From Rickettsiales bacterium (GTDB taxonomy: Bacteria; Pseudomonadota; Alphaproteobacteria; Rs-D84), in assembly GCA_031266915.1 (NCBI GenBank), contig JAISAB010000024.1, forward strand, positions 23,571 to 87,570: DNA of 64,000 nucleotides, written 5' to 3'. Below, piece after piece: positions 20,327-29,864 of this stretch (position 1 is its first letter; each line of letters begins with the position of its first letter). The notes below the pieces were generated by a model that was not told the origin of the DNA, did no database searches, and was given only the letters and a program-made list of their open reading frames with translations. The translations under genes and the position numbers were made by a program.

Positions 20327-22153
20327 TTAAGTGGTTATATCATTTGCTATAAATACCAAATCTGATATAAGTTCTTTCAATTCTTCGATGGTTTTTTCTT
20401 TATTTCCTTCAATAAACTTTTTGGCCAAATCCATTTTAAACTCTGCTATGGCACTATAAGATCCACCGTGTGCAGCATTTATTTCTTTGATTTTTTTATT
20501 ATATTTGTCTTTGAATTGTTGAATCACTGGTTTTTTAGCATCCAAAACCATAACATCTTTTTGTTCATTTATTTTATCATATTCGGACATAAATGTTTGA
20601 ACAAAACCGATCGGCAATAAATCTTCAATTGTTGAATTATCTTTAATCGTATTATTCAAATCTTTTAATGTAAATATTTCGTCCTCATACCAATTATCCG
20701 TGGTTTTCAAAATTTCTGTTTTATATCCTTGGCCGTCCACATCGGCATCAACGATAACCTTTGCTTTTATGCTTTCTTGTTTCAATAATCTTGCGTGCAC
20801 TGGTATATTACTTCCACCACAAGGACGCACAAGAAAACTAAAAGTCGGATTAATTTTTTTAATCAGAAATTCAAATAAGATTTTATCTGATAGCCCTTCA
20901 ACAAGATATTGATTTTCTGGCAACATGTTATTGATTATACTCATACCAAACGCTTTACAGGTGACCTCATCATCAAATATGCTTTTTTCTTTTCCAATTT
21001 GATTACAATAAGTCAAATTCTTTGGAATTCTTTCTGATTTTGGATTTTTTTCAATTATCCAATGTCTTTCTGGATGATCCTTATCAATCATAAACACCGA
21101 ATGTGTGGAAATAAACACATTATTCGTCTCGCCTAATTTGATAAGTTCTGTTAATAAATCTTTACAGCCGCTTGGATGCAAATGAATTTCTGGCTCATCA
21201 ATAATGATTATTTTATCGTGCAATTTTCCCGCTTTATTTTCACAGGATAGTGATAATATCAAAGATACAAATTTTTTATATCCATCACTGCGTTGTCTCA
21301 TATAAAAGTTTTTATGTTTGTTGTTTTCTCCTTTATCCACAACGAATATACTGCACATAAAGGTGGCATTTTGTTGTTCTATTCTGACCTTGATATAGGT
21401 ATTCTGTTCTTTCCAAACATTCTTTATATACTCAGTAGTTTTTGTCGCTAAATCTTCTTCCAGCGTTTCTCTATCAGCAATATCAGTCTTGGCACTATCT
21501 ATTAAATGTTTTATATCCGTTTGGGTGGTCTTTCCTAATAAGCCAAACATATTTTTCAATGGTATGTTGTCAAGATTTGCGGAGAAGGTATCTAAGTTAA
21601 TAGGGTCAGAAATTAAATACTTTTTTTCATCGGGTTCCCAAAAGATAACTTTTATTTTACTAAAGAGGAAAGTAATTATTTCTCCGGTAATTTTTGCTTG
21701 TTCTTTATCTTTGGATTCAGGAAGAAAGGTATCGGCAAATTTTATAGATTTACCTATGGTATATAAGACTTCTTTTTTATTGTCTTTATTTATTGTTACG
21801 GTTTTTACTATGGACTCTAAAAACGAATAATCAGCGACAATACTCTTAACGTTGTATTTGTCGCTAGTTGCTTGTAAAAATTCTTTTAATTCAGTTTTTT
21901 CATTTGAAAAATCAAATGTTCCTAATATTGATATATCCGAATTTGTCTTCTTGGATTCTATATTACAATCTTCCGCCCACTTGAAATTTTTAGAATCAAC
22001 ATCTAACAGAGTAATGGCTTTTAACACATTACTTTTGCCTGCTTCATTTATACCAACAAATATAGTTGTCGAATCATTATTATAATTTACAGAATCAAGA
22101 GTTATATCCTTAATACTTCTATAATTTTCAATATGTAATTTTGTAAGTCTCAT
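20327..22153 (-). CDS. OLD-family ATP-dependent endonuclease (AAA ATPase + Toprim)
   Basis: It starts MRLTKLHIENYRSIKD. Walker A is GINEAGKSN and Walker B is IIIIDEPEIHLHP. The C-terminal Toprim motifs are LVEGLSDKILFE and VDADVDG. Confidence 0.8.
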   Translation of the reverse strand: MRLTKLHIENYRSIKDITLDSVNYNNDSTTIFVGINEAGKSNVLKAITLLDVDSKNFKWAEDCNIESKKTNSDISILGTFDFSNEKTELKEFLQATSDKYNVKSIVADYSFLESIVKTVTINKDNKKEVLYTIGKSIKFADTFLPESKDKEQAKITGEIITFLFSKIKVIFWEPDEKKYLISDPINLDTFSANLDNIPLKNMFGLLGKTTQTDIKHLIDSAKTDIADRETLEEDLATKTTEYIKNVWKEQNTYIKVRIEQQNATFMCSIFVVDKGENNKHKNFYMRQRSDGYKKFVSLILSLSCENKAGKLHDKIIIIDEPEIHLHPSGCKDLLTELIKLGETNNVFISTHSVFMIDKDHPERHWIIEKNPKSERIPKNLTYCNQIGKEKSIFDDEVTCKAFGMSIINNMLPENQYLVEGLSDKILFEFLIKKINPTFSFLVRPCGGSNIPVHARLLKQESIKAKVIVDADVDGQGYKTEILKTTDNWYEDEIFTLKDLNNTIKDNSTIEDLLPIGFVQTFMSEYDKINEQKDVMVLDAKKPVIQQFKDKYNKKIKEINAAHGGSYSAIAEFKMDLAKKFIEGNKEKTIEELKELISDLVFIANDITT

Positions 22154-22465
22154 ATCTTATCCATTATTCTTTGGGTGGATTTCATTTTATCCTCTCTATT
22201 ATAGCGTGCAGACATAAAAAATCAATACAAATTATCTGCTTATTACAACGCGGAAAGAGAAAGATATAGATTATTTTCACGATTTTCTAAAAAATTTCGA
22301 TTTCCCAAATCCTCAAAAAACCAACGAAAAATCGTTATTTTTTACAAACCGATTCGGTTTTGGTCAAAAAAATAAAATTAAATTAAAAATATTTTGCCCA
22401 AAACGAAATACTTATTTTTTGAAACCTGTCATAATTGTCGTGTCAAAAGACAAAAAGGACTAAAA

Positions 22466-22624
22466 ATGAAAATTCAAAACATACATATCCAAGATATGAC
22501 AATCAAGGAATGGTTGAAAGAAAATTGGGATATAGGCAACCCCAGACCAAAGGAATTAGCGGATGCTGAAAAGCAACTGATTGACTTCTTTGTTGCAATG
22601 GTCAAGGGCATAAAAATTGGCTAA
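22466..22624 (+). CDS. small hypothetical protein upstream of the recombinase
   Basis: 52 aa (MKIQNIHIQDMTIKEWLKEN...). Its position would suit a directionality factor, but no motif supports that. Confidence 0.3.
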   Translation: MKIQNIHIQDMTIKEWLKENWDIGNPRPKELADAEKQLIDFFVAMVKGIKIG

Positions 22625-22688
22625 AAACTGCATATACTAGTGTGCTTTTTAGACTGATTATTATACAATCATATTATAAAATAAAGGT

Positions 22689-24208
22689 GTGAAGAAAATG
22701 AGAAAAGACCAAGAAAATAACCAACCTATGAGAGCGATTTTATTCGCCAGGGTTTCCAGTCGCGAGCAGGAACTGGGTTCGTCTATTGACGCGCAAATGG
22801 CAACGATTTACGATTATTGTGAGAAAAAGAATCTCCCTATTATCAAAGAGTTTGTTATTACAGAATCAAGCACCCAAGGCGACCGCAAACAATATCAAGA
22901 TATGTTGTCATTCGTAAAATCCCAAAAAGGCAAAATTGCAATAGTTGTGAATTATGTTGATAGACTGCAAAGGTCATATAAGGACACACCCGCTCTTGAT
23001 GAATTACGCAGGCAAGGAAAAATAGAAGTCCATTTTCTAAAAGAAAATTTAATCTTGCATAAAGACTCAAACGCTATGGAAATTATGTTTTGGAATATGT
23101 CGGTACTTATGGCGAATGGATATGTTTTATCAATAATTGATAAAATCAAACATAGTCAGAAATTTATCTGGGAACAAGGCCGTTGGCTTTCCCAAGCCCC
23201 ATTAGGTTATTTGAACACTCGCGACTCACATACTAAAAAAGCAACTATTATACATGATCCAGTCCGTGCTTCATTGGTCAAAAAATTATTTATAGAATAT
23301 GCCGAAGAGTATCAATCATTAAACGGTATGGTTGAATATGCACATATTATCGGATTAACTCGCCGAAATGGCAGAAAATTGTCCCGTAATGAAATAAACA
23401 AAATCCTGCATAACCCATTTTATATAGGATTGATGGTTATAAAAGATACAATACGTCCGCATACTCACGGCCCCATTGTGGATAAAGAATTATTTGATTT
23501 AGTGCAGGATACCCTGTCTGGAAAACGCAGGGTGCCGAATAAAAAGCCCTATGGTTCAAAGGAATTTACTCTGCGTGGAATATTCAGATGTAAATGTGGT
23601 TGCACTCTCAGTCCCGAATTAAAGAAAGGTAAGTATGTTTATCTTAAATGCTCGCACGCCAAGGGCCCATGTGATATGAAACCTGTAAATGAAAAGGTTT
23701 TGTTGGAACGTGTTAGTGCGGATGTAATGGATGCTCTGCGGATGCCCCTTGAAATAATGCAAGACATCAAGGGAAAGGTCAAAAAAGTGTTGGAATCAGA
23801 ACATTCAAAGGATTTACAGACCAAAAAACGTCTTGAAAATCAATTGACCGAAAGATTACCGAACAGGCATATAATGCAAAACTTGCCGAAATTGCAGATG
23901 AACGGAAAAATATTGAATCTTGGCTGTCAAAACACGGTCATATTGACTTTGATATTGCCAAAAGGGTAGAAATGATAGTGGATATAGCAGGAAACGCCCA
24001 TCACTACTTCAAAAGTTATAAACCTGCTGTTCGAAATGAACTTTTGGGAATTTTACTTTATCACTGTATATGGGATGGTGAAAAACCTTGGATTTCCCTA
24101 CAAAAACCATTCAATTTGATGAGAGAAAATCAGGATTGTTTATTTTGGTTGGGGCGCACGGATTCGAACCATGATAAAGAGAACCAAAATCTCTTGTCCT
24201 ACCATTAG
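22689..24208 (+). pseudogene. large serine recombinase interrupted by a single frameshift
   Basis: The N-terminal resolvase domain (AILFARVSSREQ) is followed by a recombinase domain and a Zn ribbon. Frame 0 ends at 23969. The -1 frame is open from 23837 and continues KITEQAYNAKLAEIADERKNIESWLSKHG...MIVDIAGNAHHYFKS, which is ORF 23972..24208. Confidence 0.7.
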
Positions 24209-24219
24209 ACGACGCCCCA
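24146..24219 (-). tRNA. tRNA-Gln (anticodon UUG)
   Basis: The reverse complement is TGGGGCGTCGTCTAATGGTAGGACAAGAGATTTTGGTTCTCTTTATCATGGTTCGAATCCGTGCGCCCCAACCA. It has the U1-A72 pair seen in E. coli tRNA-Gln, the anticodon loop TTTTGGT and an encoded CCA end. Confidence 0.85.
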
Positions 24220-24461
24220 ATAAAAAGTTCAGAGTGTAAAGTTCAGAGTTCAAAAAAATATGACTCTGTACAATCTTATCCGCTTGTATGCGACCTGAAC
24301 AACAGTGGCGATTATAAACGCGTTTAATAAATTTGCAATATAAAATATAACGTCCGGGCCCCGGGGCACCATCGCCCACGGCCGGGATTTTTTACGCAGG
24401 AATATGAATTTTTTCCTTGCAACTTATTTATTAAAATATATAATCGTTAACAATTTTAACA

Positions 24462-24923
24462 ATGGAGACTGTTATGCCGCAAAAGGAATTTGTTCGTCTT
24501 ATCGAAGAAAATCTTCACATTCTTGGTCGTTTGGGCGACAGGCTGAAAGCTGAACATAGCCTGAGCCCCCTGTATTCCGGCCAGCAATTGGCGACGATTA
24601 TGCGCCTGCATCTGGGCGGACCCGCAAAGCTAAAGGATATTGCCCGCCGCGAGGGATTGACCGCGCCGAATCTGTGCGCGACGTTCCGAAAACTGGAAGC
24701 GGAGGGAATGGTAAAGCGCAAAATCGACGAGATGGACCGGCGCAACACATGGTACGCCGTCACGCCCGCCGGCGAAGATGTTGCGCGCCGCGCCATGGAA
24801 AAACTGCGCGCGGGAATAAATGCGTTCTTTCATGACATCAGCCGTGATGACGAGCAAATGCTGACCAGCGCGCTGCGGGCCATGAACGATGTCTTTAAAA
24901 GAATGGAGAAGAACAATGCCTAG
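24462..24923 (+). CDS. MarR-family transcriptional regulator
   Basis: It has a winged-helix pattern, LKDIARREGLTAPNLCATFRKLEAEGMVKRKIDEMDRRNTWYAVTPAG. Confidence 0.85.
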   Translation: METVMPQKEFVRLIEENLHILGRLGDRLKAEHSLSPLYSGQQLATIMRLHLGGPAKLKDIARREGLTAPNLCATFRKLEAEGMVKRKIDEMDRRNTWYAVTPAGEDVARRAMEKLRAGINAFFHDISRDDEQMLTSALRAMNDVFKRMEKNNA

Positions 24924-26235
24924 GGCCGGATTATTTTCGATAATTGGAATTATTTGCTCTGCGCTGTGGGCGCCGGGCGCGTTTGCGATGGATTTATCTT
25001 TTGACACGGCCGTCGAAATGATTATGAAAGAATCACAAGATTTTAAAAAGGCGCAGGCGAATGTAAACAAAGCGACCGCGTCCCTGGACGCCGCGAATGC
25101 GAACAGATGGTTTACTTTGTCGGGCTCAGCGACATACATGAATATGGTGGATGTCGAGCGTCCCTTTCATTCGAACGGCGTCGAATTGCCGCCGGCATTG
25201 GGCGGATTAATCGGCGCGGCGGGCGGCGCGAAATTCAGCGTCCCCGACAACGTCCTGATAGCGGGCGTGACATTGTCGCAGCCGATTTATACCTTTGGCA
25301 AAATCGGAAACGCGGTCGACGCCGTGCGCAGCGCCGTCAAGATGTCCGAATCCAGCCTGGATTTGACGCGGCGCGAGGCGCGTTATGCAGCGGCCGATAT
25401 TTACTGGACTGCGAAGATGACCGACGGCTTGGTCGATATTTATCAAAAGTCGCTGAACGACGCGATGGCCGCCAAAAAGAAACTGGCATCCGCGGGCCGC
25501 GCCAGCCGCGCGAACTTGGTGAAAATAGAATCAGACATCGCGACCAAGGAAATCAATTTGTCGGACGCGAAATTCAATCGTGACACCGCGCACAGAATGT
25601 TGAAAATTCTGGCCGGCATAGATGCCGATGAAGATTTGGCGCTGACGGACGAACTGCCGTCGAAATTTGAAACAATCGAATCAGGCAAGCTAAGCAAGAA
25701 TCCGCAATGGGATATTTACGAGCATCAAATCAGAATGCACGAGAAAAACGCGCGGTCCAAGCGTGCCGGGAATCTTCCGACATTGGCGGCGACGGCGGCT
25801 TATAATTACGTCGCGATTCATGACGACATCGATGTTTTCGACGGTACGAAAACGCAGTCCGCTTATTGGGGGCTGTCGTTGCAGGTACCGATTTTCGATG
25901 GTGGCCTGAACCGCGCGAACGCGACGACCGAGGCCATGAATGCCGAATCCGCGCGCCAGGATTTGGATAAATCGAAAAAAATGAAAACCGAAGAATACGA
26001 CACGGCTGTCAAAAGATACGACCACTTGCGCGGCAATCTGGCAAGCTGGAAAAACTCCAGGGATTTGGCGCAAAAGGCATACAATTTATCCCGCGACAGA
26101 TTCGCGGCCGGCCAAACGTCCGCCGTGGAATTATCGGAGGTATCGACCGCTTTGTCGCAGATTGACATGGCGCTGCTGAACGCCAAGTACAACATATTAA
26201 TGTCGGCGGAATCTATCAAAAAGCTGGGTGAATAA
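24916..26235 (+). CDS. TolC-like outer-membrane efflux protein
   Basis: The start MPRAGLFSIIGIICSALWAPGAFA is a signal peptide. The body shows two repeated coiled-coil/beta halves typical of outer-membrane factor proteins. It overlaps the marR-family stop codon. Confidence 0.75.
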   Translation: MPRAGLFSIIGIICSALWAPGAFAMDLSFDTAVEMIMKESQDFKKAQANVNKATASLDAANANRWFTLSGSATYMNMVDVERPFHSNGVELPPALGGLIGAAGGAKFSVPDNVLIAGVTLSQPIYTFGKIGNAVDAVRSAVKMSESSLDLTRREARYAAADIYWTAKMTDGLVDIYQKSLNDAMAAKKKLASAGRASRANLVKIESDIATKEINLSDAKFNRDTAHRMLKILAGIDADEDLALTDELPSKFETIESGKLSKNPQWDIYEHQIRMHEKNARSKRAGNLPTLAATAAYNYVAIHDDIDVFDGTKTQSAYWGLSLQVPIFDGGLNRANATTEAMNAESARQDLDKSKKMKTEEYDTAVKRYDHLRGNLASWKNSRDLAQKAYNLSRDRFAAGQTSAVELSEVSTALSQIDMALLNAKYNILMSAESIKKLGE

Positions 26236-26237
26236 GA

Positions 26238-26792
26238 ATGAGCAAAAAACTATATGTCGCCATCGTCATCGTGGCGCTGGCTTGGACCGGGTATCGCGTT
26301 TTTTCGATTTCGTCGGAAAGCGCCCGCGCGGTATTTAATCCTTTTCGCGACAACGCGGCCCGCGGCGCGCCGGTTGAAAAACTGGTCGTGAAAAAAGCGG
26401 AAGGCGTTTTGAAAGAGCCGCTGTTCGTCAAGAACAACCGCGCATACGTTTCATGCGCGCGCATCGGCAAGTTCCGCGCCGGCCAGGCCGTCGGCGCCGG
26501 GCGCGTGGCCGGCGTTTCGAATTTCATCGATTTGGATACCGGCATGTGTGCGGTCAGAACCGTCGGCGCGGCGGATGGCGCGCAGCTGGCATTAATAAAG
26601 CACACCGGATTTTTCGTCCCGGTCTATGTCGTGCAAAACAATTCGCTGATGGTCGTCGAAAACGGCGCCGCGGCGCCGCGCACGGTGACGGTCGCGGCGG
26701 ACGATTCCGAATACGCGCTGGTGTCGCACGGATTGTCGGACGGCGACACCGTTATCTTGTCGCATATCGAACCAGGGGAAAAAGTAAGATGA
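26238..26792 (+). CDS. short periplasmic adaptor-like protein (membrane fusion protein family?)
   Basis: 184 aa with an N-terminal TM segment. It lies between the TolC-like and RND genes, and its stop overlaps the RND start (ATGA). It is much shorter than typical adaptors. Confidence 0.45.
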   Translation: MSKKLYVAIVIVALAWTGYRVFSISSESARAVFNPFRDNAARGAPVEKLVVKKAEGVLKEPLFVKNNRAYVSCARIGKFRAGQAVGAGRVAGVSNFIDLDTGMCAVRTVGAADGAQLALIKHTGFFVPVYVVQNNSLMVVENGAAAPRTVTVAADDSEYALVSHGLSDGDTVILSHIEPGEKVR

Positions 26793-29700
26793 TAAAATTC
26801 TTTGTGAAACATCCTGTCACGACGGTCATGTTCGTTCTGCTGTGGATTGTGCTGGGTGTCGTCGCGTATCCGAAGATGAACGTCGAACGCACCCCCGCGA
26901 TTGAATTCCAGATGGTCACGGCCAGCTTTGTGTACCCGGGTGCTTCGCCTGACGAGGTCGAATCCCAGGTCGTCAAAAAGACCGAGGACGCTGTATCAGA
27001 GGTGGCCGGCATCAAGAAAATCACATCTCAATCGTTCGAAAACGGCGGCTTTGTCATGGTCGAATTCAACCTGGGGGTCAACGTCAACGACAAGGCGTCC
27101 GAAGTCAAGGCAAAGCTGGAATCCATCGAAGGCGAATTTCCCGACAGTCTGAAAAAGCCGGTCGTTGAAAAACTGAACCCGCTGCAGGAATCCGTTCTGG
27201 ACATTGTTCTGACCGGCGCCGCCAGCCGCGATTTGGAACGCTATGTCGACGACGTGCTGGGCCGTCAAATCACATCCGTGCCTGGCGTGGCGTCGGTGTC
27301 GGTCTATGGCGGCGACAAACGCGCGGTCCGCGTTTTTCTGAATCCCGAACAGATGGCGGCGCGCGGCCTGGCCGTCAGCGACGTCGTCGGCGCCGTCGCG
27401 GCCCGTAATCTGAATGTGCCGGGCGGCAAGCTGGAATTCGGTGACAGTTCGAACGTCGTTCGCTTTGTCGGCGAATTCGCCAGCGTCTACGACATCGCCG
27501 ACCTGCAGATTCTGACGTCCGAGGGCGCGTCGCTGCGACTGCGCGAAATTGCACGCGTCGAAGATTCCGCATTGGATAAAACGACCGGCGCGCGGTACAA
27601 CGGGCAGTCCGTCGTTATTGCGTCCGTCGTGAAATCGTCCGACGGCAACGCGATTAAAATTTCTAGGGAATTGAAAAAGCGCATTCCGCAAATGCAGCAA
27701 TCAATGCGTGATTATTTCGCTGCGCGAAACGCCGCCGCCGGCGAAATATCCATGAAAATCATATCCGATTCATCCGTCGCGATTGGGCACGAAACAAACA
27801 CGACCATCCGGGACATTGTTTTGGGACTGGCGCTGACGGTTTTGACGCTGTTGGTGTTCACGCGAAATTGGCGCACGACAGTCATCGCCGGCGTCATGAT
27901 TCCGGCGTCGCTGGTATCAGGATTTTTCTTTATGGACGCCAGCGGATTCACAATCAACGCGATGACTTTGGTGGCGATTGCGACCGCGCTGGGCACGCTG
28001 ATTACCGACGCGATTGTTCTGATTGAATCCGCGCTGGGGCTGATTGAAAAAAAGGGATACACGCCCGAAGACGCTGCGGTCGAGGGAACGAAAAAAGTCG
28101 CAGTTCGAATCTTCGCGACGATTGCGACGCACGTGGTGGTGTTTTTGCCGCTGGCGTTTATGGGCGGAATCGCCGGCCGTTTCATGCAGCAGTTCGGTTT
28201 GTCAGTGGTGTATCTGGTGCTGATTTCGTCGATGTTCTCGTTCACGCTGACGCCGATGATGATTGCGAAAATTCTGAAAAAGCGCGAAGATAAAAAAACA
28301 CTCAAAATGGTCCGGCCGCCGAAATCGGACATGGAAGAATTGGGCTGGTTCAAGAAATTCTTCGACTGGCAGATTAACAAGCCTTGGTGTGCTGTCGGTC
28401 TGGCGGCGCTGGCGCTGGTCGTCAGCGTTATCCCGATGCGCTGGGTCGGAAACGAATTCACGTCCAACGCCGATGTGAATGAAATCAGCGTCTTCGCGCG
28501 GGCCGACGCGGGCGCGACCTATCAGAAATCCGAAGCCTTGGCCGCGCAGATAGAACAGCGTCTGAAACAATTCAAGGAAGTCGATTTCGTGTCCGTGAAA
28601 ATCGGCGACCGCGGGGTTCAGAACATCAACGTAAAGGTTGGCCTGGTCGACGCAGGCGCTCGCCGCAAGACCGACAAGCAATTGGTGTATGAAATCGTGC
28701 CGGCCCTGGCCGATATTCCCGGCGCCGAGATTCAAGTGCACGCCGGCGAATCCATGGCGGGCATGGCCAACGATTTGGTGCTGAACGTCAGCGGCGAAGA
28801 CGACGCGACGCGCGAAAAGTACGCAGCGCGGATTGTCGGTATCCTGAACGAAATTCCGGAAATCCAATCGGCGGTTCTGGCCGCGCAAAAACCAGGAACG
28901 GAACTGAAGTTCGTCCCCGACGACGGGCGCATGAAGCTGTGGGGCGTGCGCAACCAGACGGCCGGCGCTGCGCTGCGCACCGCGCTGTACGGAAACGACG
29001 ATTACAAGTACAAGGAAAACGGCGCCGAATATCCGATTGTTTTGGAACTGGCCAAGGAATACAAAAACCATGAAATGTTTGATTCCGTATTCATCGGCAC
29101 GCCCAAAGGATTGGTGTCACTGGCGGAACTGGGCGCGGTCGAAACGGGCGCCGCCAGCGCCGATATTCGAAAAATCGACAAGAACCGCATTACCGAAATA
29201 GACATCAATCTGGGCAAATCCACAATCGGCCCGGTCCAGAAAAAGATAGAGGCCGAATTGCAAAACATCGACTGGCAGCCCGGCTATGGCGCGTCGTTCG
29301 GCGGCATGTCCGAAATGCAGGCCGAATCTACGGCCGAAATCAGCAACGCGTTTTTGCTGGCGACGATATTGACATTTATGGTTCTGGCGGCGATTCTGAA
29401 TTCGCTGGCGCATCCGTTTACGATTGTGACGTCAATTCTGACCAGTTTCGCGGGCGTGTTCGTTCTGATGTTCCTGGTCGGCGCAAATATCAACATCGCG
29501 GCAATGATGTCGCTGGTCATGCTGGTCGGATTGGCGGTCAGCACGAATATTCTGATTCTGGAACCGACGCTGGAAGAGATGGGTCGCGGCGTTCCCGCAG
29601 CCCAAGCCCTGTGGGAACAATTCGCAGACAAAAAGCGCATGCTGGTGATGACAACAGTCGCCGTGGTTGCCGGCTTGATTCCGCAGCTGTGGGCGTCGGA

Positions 29701-29830
29701 CGGAATCAAGGTCTCGATGGGCGCGGTTATTATCGGCGGCATATTGGCGTCGCTGTTCTGGACGTTCTTTTTGACACCGGCGGTGTTCACGTTGATGGAA
29801 AGGCTGCGCCGCAAAACAAAGCGAAAGTAA
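26789..29830 (+). CDS. RND-family efflux transporter (AcrB-like)
   Basis: The ATG at 26789 (MIKFFVKHPVTTVMFVLL) lies inside ORF 26453..29830. The product is about 1013 aa with the RND topology of 12 TM segments and two large periplasmic loops. Confidence 0.9.
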   Translation: MIKFFVKHPVTTVMFVLLWIVLGVVAYPKMNVERTPAIEFQMVTASFVYPGASPDEVESQVVKKTEDAVSEVAGIKKITSQSFENGGFVMVEFNLGVNVNDKASEVKAKLESIEGEFPDSLKKPVVEKLNPLQESVLDIVLTGAASRDLERYVDDVLGRQITSVPGVASVSVYGGDKRAVRVFLNPEQMAARGLAVSDVVGAVAARNLNVPGGKLEFGDSSNVVRFVGEFASVYDIADLQILTSEGASLRLREIARVEDSALDKTTGARYNGQSVVIASVVKSSDGNAIKISRELKKRIPQMQQSMRDYFAARNAAAGEISMKIISDSSVAIGHETNTTIRDIVLGLALTVLTLLVFTRNWRTTVIAGVMIPASLVSGFFFMDASGFTINAMTLVAIATALGTLITDAIVLIESALGLIEKKGYTPEDAAVEGTKKVAVRIFATIATHVVVFLPLAFMGGIAGRFMQQFGLSVVYLVLISSMFSFTLTPMMIAKILKKREDKKTLKMVRPPKSDMEELGWFKKFFDWQINKPWCAVGLAALALVVSVIPMRWVGNEFTSNADVNEISVFARADAGATYQKSEALAAQIEQRLKQFKEVDFVSVKIGDRGVQNINVKVGLVDAGARRKTDKQLVYEIVPALADIPGAEIQVHAGESMAGMANDLVLNVSGEDDATREKYAARIVGILNEIPEIQSAVLAAQKPGTELKFVPDDGRMKLWGVRNQTAGAALRTALYGNDDYKYKENGAEYPIVLELAKEYKNHEMFDSVFIGTPKGLVSLAELGAVETGAASADIRKIDKNRITEIDINLGKSTIGPVQKKIEAELQNIDWQPGYGASFGGMSEMQAESTAEISNAFLLATILTFMVLAAILNSLAHPFTIVTSILTSFAGVFVLMFLVGANINIAAMMSLVMLVGLAVSTNILILEPTLEEMGRGVPAAQALWEQFADKKRMLVMTTVAVVAGLIPQLWASDGIKVSMGAVIIGGILASLFWTFFLTPAVFTLMERLRRKTKRK

Positions 29831-29864
29831 AATAAAATTCTTGACTGACAGGAATGTATCTTAT

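Larger units (their letters stand above)
15170..24145. mobile_element. AT-rich integrative island adjacent to tRNA-Gln
   Basis: There is a sharp drop in GC, judged by eye, relative to the flanks. The serine recombinase gene sits at the tRNA-proximal end. The cargo consists of nuclease and Rep-like genes. The left boundary is inferred from composition only. Confidence 0.6.

Noticed and set aside
23820-23830. The A6 run (ACC AAA AAA CGT) as a programmed -1 frameshift site for the recombinase
   Set aside because: The -1 frame has a TGA at 23834-23836 downstream of this run, so a shift there would terminate immediately. The frames can only be joined after 23837, where no slippery heptamer is evident.
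26453-26788. A 112-aa N-terminal extension of the RND pump ORF that overlaps the adaptor gene
   Set aside because: The extension is Arg/Gly-rich nonsense in an alternate frame of the adaptor. A canonical RND N-terminus, MIKFFVKHPVTTVMF, begins at 26789 with an ATGA overlap.
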